NCBI RefSeq assembly: GCF_009834535.1
Contig: NC_045696.1
Span: 115,632,001 to 115,696,000 of the forward strand
Length of the DNA stretch: 64,000 nt
Source: Camelus ferus
Lineage: Eukaryota
Reading direction: 5' to 3'
Shown: positions 13,924 through 25,115 of the stretch, piece by piece
Position numbering within the stretch: position 1 is the first letter of the stretch
How the letters are laid out: every line of letters begins with the position of its first letter
The notes under the pieces: generated by a model
Databases searched by the model: none
What the model was told of the DNA's origin: nothing
The model's input: the letters and a program-made list of their open reading frames with translations, nothing else
Made by a program: the position numbers and the translations under genes

Positions 13924-14574
13924 CACTCCCACAAGTAATACATGAGAATTTCCATGTTTATGCCCTAGTGAAGCCCGGATACTGGTTGCTGTTTGAGGTT
14001 TTATTGTTGTTATGATTTGCATTTGATAACATTTGGTTAGTTTAAGCATTCTTTCCTATGTTTCTTGGCCATTTTAGATTTTTAGTGTGTGAATATACTG
14101 TTTATTTCATCACTTAATATTTGGCTTTTCTTTCCTCTTATTTCTGCTAGCTCTTTATGCTTTCCAGTGTCCAAGCAAGAACTGCACAGGCAAAACTAAA
14201 CACACAAGAAAGACTGGATTCAAGGCTATTGCAACAGGGTGGAGAGGCCCCAGGTCAGCAGGAACTCAACTCTGCTGAATCAAAGGGCACGGAAGTTCTA
14301 AGTACTGGGGTAAGAGGGGGAACACAAGCCATCTGTTTGCTCAGTAGCTTTACCCAAAGGAAAAGTAAACTTTCTCACAGATTCATGACAAGAGGTGTAA
14401 TTTTACACCTTGGAGGCAAGTTCCCACCTTTCCTCAGGTAGGGGTGCTACCTCCCTTGAAAACTGCATTTCAGTGAGATAGCGCCCAGGTCCTAGAGAAA
14501 GCCATTCCTGGGTTATTAAAAAAAAAAAAAAAAAAAAAGCCATTCCTGGCAAGAGGCTTTTTAAAAGACGTACA

Positions 14575-16491
14575 GAGAGATTCTGGGAAGATGGCAGAGT
14601 AGGGAGAATCAGAAACCCATCTCACCACCTAGACAGATGCACTGGCAGGATCTTTCTGTTGTAACTATTTTGGAAATATAGAGTCTAAAAAGTAGACCAG
14701 TTCACGATTCACGGGGCACTGGGTAGAGTACACGGAACAGCTTTCCAGGGTAGTAAGTCAGTTTCCAGGGGAAGACTTCACTGGGGAATTGTGGTTAGTT
14801 TTGTTCAGTTTCATCTCTTCTCATGGTTACAGCCACCCATCCCTCACCCCCGGCCATGGCAGACAGCTCTGCATGTGCTCTGTGTACAGTGCTGGTGAGA
14901 ACCAGAATGGGCAAAAAGTACCCTGTCCTCTAAATACTGGGATCTGCGCTTTAATTGTTGACTGCTGCTTCTGATCGTAGAGGTGCAGACAAAAAAAGCA
15001 ATAACCTGGTGTTGTACCTCCTCCCATTGTTGCAAATCTCTCCCCATCTGACTGCAGCAACTTCCAGGGGATTTAAAGAGCCGGTGTCCTTTTCCACTCT
15101 TCTTTTTTCTCTTTTCCCCCTTTTAAAAGCTAGATATTCAAAAATAGAATATTCAAAAACAACTCCATGTATGGGGGAAATTAGGAAGTGACCATGCACG
15201 CCCAAGGAGAAGCAGTATGGTGGTTCATCAAAAAACTAAAAATACAATTGTGAGCAATCCTCCAACACATTTAACAACCTCACTTCTAGGTATATAACCA
15301 ATAGAATAGAAAGCGGGGTCTCAAAGAGATATTTGTAAACCCCTGTTCATAGCAGGATTATTCACCACAGTTAAAATGGGGAAGCAACCCAAGTGTCCAT
15401 CAACAGCTGAGTGGTTAAGCAAAATGCGGTCTATGCAAACAGGGGGATATTATTCAGCCTTCAAGAGAAAGGACATTCTGACATATGCTGTAACATGGAT
15501 GGACCTTGAGGACATTACACGGAATGAAACAAACCAGTCAGAAAAAAGACAAGGACTCCATGATTCTACTCAGCAGAGATATTTATGAGACAGGAGGGAA
15601 GGGGGCAGGGCACGGCCATGCAAGGAATGACACAGCAGTTAACACCAAAATGGTGGAAGAGTCAACTCCCAGTAGCACTTGAGGCCCCAGATGGCAGGAG
15701 ATCTGACTTCCAGTGGACCTGGAGTTTCATTATACACTCATTGTGATGTATCAGCATGGTAACTGGCACTCCCATGAGCGCCAGGACAGCTCTGAGGCTG
15801 ACCATAAAAGGTCAAAGAGCGGGTGGTGGCCCACTTCCTGGGAACCCCAGCCCCTTCCCCAAAGTAGTTGGAATAATCCTTTCACCTGTTAGCATAGGAA
15901 GTCACCGAGCCCATAATACCTAACAACCCCCCACACCCCATGGCTGATCTTCCTTCTGAGTGAGCCAGCCCGCACTCTGTCTATGGAGCGTCTATCTACA
16001 GAGCACCCAACCCGCACACCTCCTGACCTTCCTCTTGCCTTCTGAAACAGCCTGCACTCTGTCTATGGAGTACGTTATTCTCTAAATAAATATATTTTTA
16101 CTCAGCTGTGGCTCGCTCTTGAACTCTTTCCTATGTAAAGCCGAGGACCCACACTTGGCGGGGCACATCCCAGGGATTCAGCCAAGACCTGGGACATGGC
16201 CATCCTCTCTCCCCACATCTATTTTTCCTGTATCACTTAAGAGTAGTCAAAACCATAGAGACAGAACATAGAATGATAGCTGCCAGGGGCGAGGGGGAGC
16301 AGGAAATGGGGAATTACTGTTTAATGGGGAAAGAGTTTCATTTTTTCAAGATGAGAAGAGTTATAGAGATGGGTGATGGTGATGGTTGCACAACATTATA
16401 AATGTATTTAATTCCACTGAACTATACAGTTGTAGTGGTTAAGATGGTACATTTTATGTAACGTGTATTTTACCGCATTAAAAAAATGGGG
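14575..16491 (+). mobile_element. L1MB-type element: 5' UTR joined directly to the ORF2 end/3' UTR (internally deleted), interrupted by a solo LTR
   Basis: Starts ctgggaagatggcagagtagg (L1M 5' end). At ~15213 it switches to cagtatggtggttcatcaaaaaactaaaaata (ORF2 C-terminus). L1MB-type 3' UTR ends taccgcattaaaaaaa. Confidence 0.8.
15586..16235 (+). mobile_element. ERV1-type solo LTR (650 bp)
   Basis: Inverted termini tgagacagga...tcctgtatca; 4-bp TSD ttta/ctta; AATAAA near 16086; internal duplicated cactctgtctatggag; host L1 sequence resumes exactly after it. Confidence 0.9.
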
Positions 16492-18039
16492 AAAATGTTT
16501 GCATATATCTCCAAGGGGCAATTTTTTTTTTAACACTACAAAGAAAGTGCTTTAAGAAAAGTTGAATCAGGGCCTAGGAGTCAGGAAGAAGCTTAGAAAA
16601 ATGTTAAGGAAGGCCCCTTGAACTACATATTACAAATATTTTCCCCAGATCTGCTGCTTACATTTAAGCTGTATTTATGTGCTTTTCCTACAGAAGAATT
16701 TTATTTATATTTTAATTAAAGTTTTTTTGTGATTTGTGTTAGGAAGTCCCTCCCTACTTTTAAGTTAAAAAACATTTTTCCCAATGATTTTGTTTTTCTT
16801 TTTGGTACACTGGCCTTTGATTCATCTGAACTTACTTTTAGACATTTTCCAAATGTTATGTCTAAATATTCTAATACCATTTTTTAAGCAGTCCATCCTT
16901 TCTGCTCAAGGTGTTAGTGCCAGCTTTGCTTTCCACCATGCTTTGCTTTTATAACCATGGACCTACTATTGACCTCACTCTAGTGGACCAGTCTGTTTAT
17001 AATTCATGGGTGAGAAGTCAACCGTTGGAAGACCATAGAGGAGAGTGTTCTTGGCTAAGAAAACAGAAAATTTACAAGTCCTAAGGTGGGAAAGATCTCA
17101 TAGATCTCTTCTTTTTTTTTTTTTTTTTAAGAATGAACAAGATGTTGGACTGTCTAGAGTACACCAAGTCAAGGTTCAGGAGGAAATGTAAAAGATGGGC
17201 GGGGCCAGATCACTGTAGCTGTTGCCAGCGGTGATGCCTCTGCCTGGTGACACTCAGAAGGAGTGCATGGGGACACATCCCTGGTCACTGCCTCTCCGGA
17301 GAAGACTGGAGATGGCTAAGGTCTGTCCCTTCTCCCCACCACCCTGGACCTCTCTCCTCCCCAACCCAAGAATCAGGTCTGAGAGGGGAACAGGAGGGCT
17401 TCTACTGGATGGTCAGGAAGATGTCAGAAAAGTGCAGTGTGGAGAAGGGGGTGGAAGTTCCATCCAAATTACTTGGTCCCTTAGATTATGCAGTGTCTCT
17501 TCCAGACTCAGCTGTTGAAATGAGGGTTCTTCTAACTGCTTCCTCTCTCCAGATCTCAAGCCCACTCGCCCCCATTTTTCTCCCTGCAGCCCTCTCTTTT
17601 AAATTCCCCAGTTCTGCATCTTTAGATGTTCCCTACCAAAACACACTGCTCTCCCAGGGAAAAGGAATTTCATCCCCTCAGACACCTTACAAAATTACGA
17701 ACTTTAGGATTTTTAGGCACCAGAAACTCCCACCATGAAAGGATGCGTGAGGAGGAGACAGACTTCGTAGGATCCATCAAAGTACCTCTTGTGAGTTCCT
17801 AAAGTTTCAATATCCAATAACACTAAATATTTCTATGTTACCATATTTTCCTTCTTTCAAATGGTTTTTAATATTAACATATATTTGTGATTATTTACAG
17901 ATTTATGCTTATATTATGATTGTGTGCAAATATCCAAAGAACAATATAAAACCTTAGAATCTTTGATGTATTTGGAGAGGGGGAAACTGGTCATATATAT
18001 TCACAGGAAAGTGCTTAAAACTGAAAAAGATAATGGTAA

Positions 18040-18263
18040 TAATATCTTACACTTTAAATGCATCTGTGCATGATCACATTTATTCTCACATTTGAGGCTC
18101 ACAACATCCTTTCAGAAGAGATTCAATTGCTGTTAACCCCACCTTACAGCTCAGAAACAAGAAAAAAGAAGAAATTGGGGGGAGGGTATAACTCAAGGGG
18201 TAGAGTGCATGCTTAGCATGCATGAGGTCCTGGGTTCAATCCCCAGTATCTCCATTAATAATA

Positions 18264-18321
<58 letters not shown>

Positions 18322-18440
18322 TAAACCTAATTACCTCCCCCAACAAAAAAATAATAAAGAAGAAATTACTTTCTTAAACACAAATACAGTATACAGACAC
18401 AGAAGATAGATCACAAACCCAGTTTTTCTAAGTTTGTGTT
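18040..18440 (-). mobile_element. MIR interrupted by a SINE
   Basis: ctcacaacatcct...ccccaccttacagctcagaaac, resuming ttact...caaacccagt after the SINE. Confidence 0.55.
18177..18355 (+). mobile_element. Vic-1-like tRNA-Ala SINE with internal (TAA)18 expansion
   Basis: ggtagagtgcatgcttagcatgcatgaggtcctgggttcaatcccc; perfect 12-bp TSD aaagaagaaatt; (TAA)18 at 18266-18319. Confidence 0.95.
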
Positions 18441-20778
18441 TGTAGTTCTTTCAAGTACACTGTTTTGTCCTTTTTCTATTTAACTAGGCAAGGAGAAATA
18501 CTGTCTCCATATTCTTCACATTTTCTTAACAGCTACCGTTAGGAAACTGAACAATTAGCTCACTATTACAGAACCAAAACATGTTGTTACTTCTTTAGTC
18601 ATGAAGGCAAAAAGATTGTGCTAATAGAACCTGGAACTAATGAATAACCTTTTATCCTGGATTATAATGTACCACGTGTAACATTTAGCTATAACAGTAT
18701 TTTAATTTAGTGGGGCTTTCTCCGGTAATGTTAGCACACTCATGTGAAATATTGAAAGAATCTTAATGGAAACCATTACACAGATGACCTATAGTCTCAG
18801 AATATTTATAAGTAAAAGAAAAATTCTATTTCCCCGTTTAAGAAATGAAAGAAAGACAGAAAACTTTGGCCCAAGGTAAACTGGAGAAGCCGCCGATAAG
18901 TCTATTGGACATATTTTTAGAATTCTGTGTTCATTCCCCACTCTTTTCTTGTGATTCCTCTTCCCTAGTTCTTCTATTTCAACTAGGATATTTCCATGAC
19001 AGGGTCCATCCAGACACAGGAGCATTTTCTGATTATTTGTATTTTGCAGGGGTCTTTCCTGTATTTTGAAGATAGTATTTGATCCTTGGGAAAAACAAAC
19101 AAACAAGAAACTTTTTAATCATAAGCTGAATTTCTGGGCAACAAGTGCCACCTCTGTTGTGCCTTTCAAGCAGATCCACTCTGTTAGGCAGGCGCTGGTG
19201 AGTGCTTGCAGAACAGTGATGATTCCTTTTGAGTGTTGCAGTTATGAGACCCGCCTGAGCGCACTGGAGAAAGAGACCCAATCCCTTGGCTACAGTTAAG
19301 AGGCTAAATTTGATGTTCTTAATTCATAGTTGCTTTCCTCTATCCAAGACTTTTCAGACACATAGGTCACTTGATTTTCTTACAACAATTTAGGGAGAAT
19401 CATACTTTGCACACAGTTAATAATGCATAGGGATACCAAATACGTCTTTGTGAGAGCAAATACTCTTTCTGAGTTGAATAGATAATTTTCAACATGCAAA
19501 AACCACTCTGAAAAGCTGAGCTGGGTAAATTGGCCATTTTAGGTCTGCTTGGCCACCCTTGATGGGTTATGGAATATGGAACAATGCCGTTATAACACAG
19601 CATTATATTTCTACCATCCCCACGTGCTATAAAGGAAGTCTCCTAGGTGCTAAACTAGATTAATAACAGTGAAAAAGTCTGTGTACAATAAATTCACAAA
19701 TAATTTAGCCATTCCAAGCAGATTCATAAATACTCCCTTTAGTATGGAAATAACACAAGGAGACAAAACAAATGTCAAGTAAGTATATATATATAGAGAG
19801 AGAGAGAGAAGGAAATTGACTGGAGTAGTAATTTGTCTCCTACCAGCCAGGAGGGTCCATTTCTTTTTAGCAAAAGAACAGATAGATGCCCCTTGAGTCT
19901 ATACTTTTTTTCCATTTTTTCCCCCTTAGCTTGATCTGTAATTCTGAGCCTCTTTGTTGAACATTCATAGCCAAATTAGGATTCCAGATAAACTACGGAC
20001 CTTGTTTTAATTAAGACCGAGACACAGACATAGGAATTCTTTCAAAATAAATTACAGTCCTTTTTCTACATGGAAAGAATCGCGAAACTAGGGACAATGG
20101 GAAAGAGAATGGAAAAGTGAAGGAGATAGGAAAACGCGTTGGCTAGCGCCATTGATTGCTGCCAAGTATTAATTTGTTCTTTGTTGGAAACCTTCTCATC
20201 AGGAGAATCCCCACTGAGAACAACATCATGTTTCCAGTGCATGTCCTCAAGGCAACAGGAGCAAAAAAATCATCCTTTGTTGCAGTAAATGCTAACCCTG
20301 AAACTGAACAAGAGAGATCAATTTAAGTCCCAACAATAACATTTAAGCAAATAATAAGAAAGGCTCCAGACCAAGAATTGATATAATTAAAAGGCAGCGT
20401 CTTGAGACCTGAGAACGTTTGAGGTTAAAAAAAAATTCCAATTTCAAGCCAAGGGAAACCTATTGAAAAGGTAACCATGTTTTGAAACAATTTACTTTTA
20501 GGAGAAAAATACTAGTCTTCTTTTTTTTTTTTTTTTTTTTTTTTTCTTCACATCCAATTCAGACCGCTATATTCAGCCTGATCTACAGAGGGGAGACGGG
20601 CTGCTCCAAGGAGGATTTTCACTGTAATTGTTCTGATTGTCTTTGTAACAATTACCTGCAAGATCTCAGGGCCAGGTGATTGTGGTCGCCATTGTTTTCA
20701 GACAAGGAAATGGACAACAGACACATTCAGTGATAGGTACCCAAGTGGTGGAGATGATAGAAAAGCTTTGAGTCTTTG

Positions 20779-21199
20779 TGCTGTGTAAGCCTTGACAGTT
20801 GGGTTTATCTTTTTACCATGCAAATGCCTGCCTTAAGGTTTGAAGGCTGAAGCACCCACTTCAAAGAAGGCTATTAGAATGAACACATTGCCAGACTCAG
20901 GACTACAAAAAGAATCCAGCCCCCTGCCCGCAAGGAGGCTCTTTTGTTTTAGAGATGTCTATTGTTTTCGATAACTGACAATTTGGGTTTGGGCTACTTT
21001 TTTTTTTTTTTTTTCTCTCTCTCTTTCCCTTCTATAAATTCCCACCCTTACTTTGAACTCACCAATAAAGAGTGAACCCACAAAACCTACAATGCCATCC
21101 TTGACCCCAGTAAAAGCAGAACCCCAGGCCCACGTGCCCTCTTTCTCTACTTTCAACCTGGCTGTGTGTCATGTCATTTCCAGGTCCTGTAAGGAATAA

Positions 21200-21235
<36 letters not shown>

Positions 21236-21348
21236 CCTAATTGTTGTTGCTGAAGGGCATCTTACAATCATGATGACAACCACAAGGGCTGGTCCAGCCA
21301 CAAGACTGGTCATTGACAGACTGAGACCTGGGCAAGGTATACACAACA
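20779..21348 (+). mobile_element. ERVL-type solo LTR (MER73/MER74/MER88-group-like)
   Basis: Inverted termini tgctgtgta...tacacaaca; 5-bp TSD ctttg/ccttg; internal tataaa and aataaa. Confidence 0.7.
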
Positions 21349-21557
21349 CCTTGAAAAGCAGAAGTTTCTATAAAGCGCGATTTTTAAAGAAGCGCATGAC
21401 AACATCACAGTATTTTCATGAAACAGCTCATGATTTAATAGCAAAGTTTAATTTAAAGTGTATGGTTTCTAAACTTTGGTCCTTAGTTTTGAGTTTTGGG
21501 GTTGGCATGTTTCTGATTAATGTCTGAATCTCCTTGAGTGAGTGTATCTGTAATATC

Positions 21558-22055
21558 CGTTGACCGAAATAAATGCACAGCCTAAAAGTTGAGAGTTATG
21601 CTTTATTTAGTGGACATTTCTGAGGACTTGAACCCCTTTGAGCCCGGGATGACAGCCTCTTAGATCACTCTGAGGGACTGCTCCAAAGAGGTAGAGGAGG
21701 AGCTGGGATATATAGGAGCTTTACAACAAAGACCAGGTAGCTGGAACATTAAAAGATGACTTGTTAAGTAAAGGAAACCAGGCATCTCAAATTAAAGAAT
21801 TTAGCGCTTTTCTCTGTATGGGAGGAAGAAAACATTTGGGCTCATTGAATTCATTCCTTCGACAAGCACGCAGCTATCTAGGGCCAGTGTCTTGTCCTTT
21901 CTCATTCTGAGTCCCCTCAGAGGGCACCGCTGTGAGAGGCTGCAGAGGCCGGGCTGCAGGCTTGTCCTCACTGGGGGGTGGCAGCAGCCGCTGCTGACTT
22001 GATGGCTTCAGCATTCTTTGTTTACAGAAATGTTTTGCACTATTTTTCATTCACA
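21558..22055 (-). mobile_element. Lineage-specific ERV1-type solo LTR (copy A)
   Basis: Perfect 4-bp TSD tatc/tatc; reverse complement aligns end to end with 23496-23975. Confidence 0.92.
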
Positions 22056-22238
22056 TATCTTATAACTTTTTTTTTTCAGTTGTAGCTTTGAAATAGTTTA
22101 GACTTCAAAAGAACTGTAAAATTAGTATGAAGAATTCCTTATACCCTTTACCCATGTTCTCTAAATGGTAACATCTTACATAACTACAGTTGAAGTGATC
22201 GAAATCAGAAAATGAACCTTGATACAATATATTACTTA

Positions 22239-23027
22239 GTGGGGAGGGATAGCTCGAGTGGTAGAGTGCATGCGTAGCATGTACAAAGTCCCGGGTTCAA
22301 GCCCCTGTACCTCCTCTAAAAATAATCAATAAACTGATGCAGGAAAACAGATGTGGGGCGTGAGGAGGGCTGTGTCCCAGGTCTCGGTTGAGCCCCTGCG
22401 ATGTGCCCCGCCAGGTGTGGGTCCTTGGCTTCTTGCAGGAAAGAATTCAAGAGTGAGCCACAGTTGAATAGATTTATTCAGAGAGATACATTGAAAGGCA
22501 AGAGAAAGGCCATGAGGTGTGGGGGTTGGGTGCTCAGATTAAAAGTAGGTACACATTCCATAGACAGAATGCGGGCCATCTCTGAAGAGGGACAGAGAGG
22601 AGCGGCCTCGAGGCACCGTGTTGTTGGTTTTTATGGGCTTGGTGGCTTTTTATGCTATAAGTGGAAGGACCAGCCTAAGGGCAAGGGGCTGGGATTCCCA
22701 GGAAGTTGGCCATTTCCCACCCTTTGACCTTCTGTGGCTAGCCTTGGGACTGCCATGGTGCCTGTGGGCGTGTTATTCACCATGTTAATACATTACAATG
22801 GGCGTACAATGAAGCTCAAGGTCTGCTAGAAGTTAAATCTCCCACCATCCTGAGCCTCAAGGCCTCCTGGGGGTTGAATCTTCCACCATTTTGATGTTAA
22901 TTGCTGTGGCCTTCCTTGAATGGCTGTGCCCTGCCCCCTTCCATCCTGCTTCAAAACCTAATTACCTCCCCCTCCAAAACAAATAAATAACAAAACAAAA
23001 TTCTAAAAAAAAAAAGGAAAAAGACCC
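22239..23027 (+). mobile_element. Vic-1-like SINE split by a solo LTR
   Basis: Head 22239-22334; tail aaacctaattacctccccc from 22954; perfect 14-bp TSD caatatattactta (22225-22238 / 23028-23041). Confidence 0.93.
22335..22953 (-). mobile_element. ERV1-type solo LTR related to 15586-16235
   Basis: Termini tgatgcagga...tcctgcttca; 4-bp TSD aaac/aaac; minus-strand start tgaagcaggatggaagggggcagggcacagccattcaagga resembles the start of 15586. Confidence 0.92.
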
Positions 23028-23495
23028 CAATATATTACTTAAATCTACAGACCAGTTTGCCAGTGGCCCCACCACCATTCTTGTACTGATCCAGGATCCA
23101 GTGTGGGACGAGGGTGAAACTTGTTGCCATGGCCTTTATTATCCCCCAATCTGGAAGAGTTCTTTCATAATCCTGATACGGTTCAGGTGTACTGGAGAGT
23201 TCATTTGCAGACTGTTTCTCAGTTTAACTTAGTCTAATGTTTTCTGATGATTAGCTGTTTTTGGTGAGAAGGCCATGGAAGTGAGGCTGTGTCTTCGCAG
23301 TGTGTCTTGGTTATCCCCGTCTCACGATGCCTGTGTGTCTCATTGTGGGTGAAGTCGGTATGGTATCTGCCAGATTCCTCCACTGTAAACTTCCTGTTTC
23401 CCTCTTTGTAATTAGTATCTTATGGGGAGATACTCTGAAACTATGCAAATGTCTTTTTCCTCATCATATTTTGTCTACCATCCATAGATGATTCC

Positions 23496-23975
23496 TGTGA
23501 ATGAAAAATACTGCAAACCATATCAGTAAACAAAGAATGCTGAAGCCATCAAGTCATCAGGGGCTGCCGCCACCCCACAGTGAGGACAGGCCTGCAGCCC
23601 AGCCTCTGCAGCCTCTCACAGTGGTGCACCCTGAGGAGACTCAGAATTAAGAAAGGATAGGATCCTGGCCCTAGATGGCCAGGTGCTTGTCAAAGGAATG
23701 AATTCAATGAGCCCAAATGTTTGCTTCCTCCCATACATAGAAAAGTGCTAAATTCTTTAACTTGAGATGCCTGGTTTTCTTTACTTAATAAATCATCTTT
23801 TAATGTTCCAGCTACCTGATCTTTGTTGTAAAGCTCCTATATATCCCAGCTCCTCCCCTACCTCTTCGGAGAAATCCCTCAGAGCCATCTGAGAGGCTGT
23901 CATCCTGGCTCGAGTCCTCCCGTCAAATAAAACACAATTCTCAACTTTTAGGCTGTGCATTTATTTCAGTCAACA
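23496..23975 (+). mobile_element. Lineage-specific ERV1-type solo LTR (copy B)
   Basis: tgtgaatg...gtcaaca; perfect 4-bp TSD ttcc/ttcc; TATATA 23838-23843; AATAAA 23926-23931. Confidence 0.92.
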
Positions 23976-24644
23976 TTCCTAACTGAAACAATGCTTACAT
24001 TTCTTTCTTTCCTTCTGAATTTATTACTTGGAATCCTGCTTTGAGGAAGAATCAATCCTACCCCACTATATATTCAATGTTTCCATGTTTTTAGTTAGTA
24101 TAAACTCATGGCTTCTTACTTTACCCTATGGTAATAATCCCCAACTACCATTACTGATTTTCTTCTCAGAATTCTTTTGGGGGACAATTTTGAAAATTAA
24201 TCACTAGAAGTGGCAGAAAAATGGTCTATGAAGTTAAGTCAGCGTGAGCTAGTTAATGTCCCCTTAGGGCTGAAGGGTGCTATGGATGTCCCCACACATT
24301 GGACTATGCCTGGGGTGCAGTTTGCTCCCACTCCTTCTGTGTCTGAGATATATTCATGAACCTGGAGACCATCTTCATTACTGGGTTTGATTTTTTTTTT
24401 TTTCTTTTTTCCTGAGCTGAAGTCTGAAGATCAGCCCTTAGGCCAAACCCTTGGGCTCAGCTAGACACTCACCATGCTCTGCTTCTAAACCTCCCTCAGG
24501 CTATCTATCTCCCAGATCCGTTCAAAGATCCTGTCCTTAAATGCCCTGAAAAGCTCCAAGCACAAAAGGTTCTTTTAGCTTTAGGTTTCTCATTTATCAA
24601 CATAGTTACATCATTTCCCACTCAGGTGGCCCTTCACCACATCC

Positions 24645-25115
24645 AGGTTGTTATTTGGGTTCTCCTTGGTACCAATCCCAGGATCGGATTCATTTGTAAG
24701 TGGTGTATTTGGGAAGTTCAGACAACACAGGTAGAGACAGGATAAAAGGAATGGAAAGCAGCCAATGGAAGATGTGCAATTAAACCAGCTGTCATGGTGT
24801 AACTTGAGCTAAATCCTGTGTGGACTCTGGAAATTAATACAAAACACACACATCATAATTCTCCAGCATGAAGCATTATGCAACCAGAATATTTATGTAC
24901 TAATTCTGGAGAACCCATGGTGGAGAGTCGCTTCTGGAGGTGTTAATTCCTCAGCACTCCACCTGTTCTGTGTGGAGAGGGGTTTCCACACTCCAGCAAA
25001 AACAAAAAACAAACAAACAAACAAATCCAGTATCTGCAGAGCTCAAGCTACTGGAAGTAGAGTCTTGGTCAGCAAACACTGGAAGAGTTAAGGGTGGGGC
25101 ACTGACGAAGCCCAT
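24645..25115 (-). mobile_element. Old ERVL LTR (LTR16-group-like)
   Basis: gggttctcc...tgtaagtggtgtatttgggaag...ggaaagcagccaatggaag motifs typical of antisense LTR16-group elements. Confidence 0.55.

Larger units (their letters stand above)
14158..16627 (-). mobile_element. MER31/MER67-like ERV1 LTR split by an L1MB insertion
   Basis: Left part (caaggctattgcaacagg, aactcaactctgctgaa, gagaaagccattcctgg...ctggcaagaggctttttaaaa) continues at ~16492 as tttgcatatatctccaaggggc...gagtcaggaagaagc. Confidence 0.65.
13790..16900 (-). mobile_element. Very old L1 (L1ME-like) fragment; host of the nested cluster (pieces ~13790-14157 and ~16628-16900)
   Basis: Degenerate antisense L1 motifs (cactcccac...tgagaatttcc, tgatttgcattt, ttggccattt) resume after the LTR as acaaatattttcccc, cagaag...ttttat. 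Confidence 0.5.
22065..24170 (-). mobile_element. Old L1MC-like 3' fragment hosting a SINE and an LTR
   Basis: atacccttta...ggtaacatcttacataactac...caggatcca...tctgccagattcctccactgtaaa...atccatagatgattcc, resuming after each insertion. Confidence 0.7.

Noticed and set aside
17222..17738. Overlapping 98/163-aa ORFs in GC-richer DNA
   Set aside because: No recognisable protein; probably an old LTR remnant that I could not assign to a family
18177..18254. tRNA-Ala(AGC)-like sequence (also 36995-37070 and other copies)
   Set aside because: SINE heads: followed by the SINE linker and tail, often with TSDs, and carrying stem-disrupting substitutions; not functional tRNA genes
21558..23975. Single composite element with long terminal inverted repeats, or a provirus
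   Set aside because: Each LTR has its own distinct TSD, orientation is inverted, and the spacer is L1/SINE/LTR debris with no gag/pol/env
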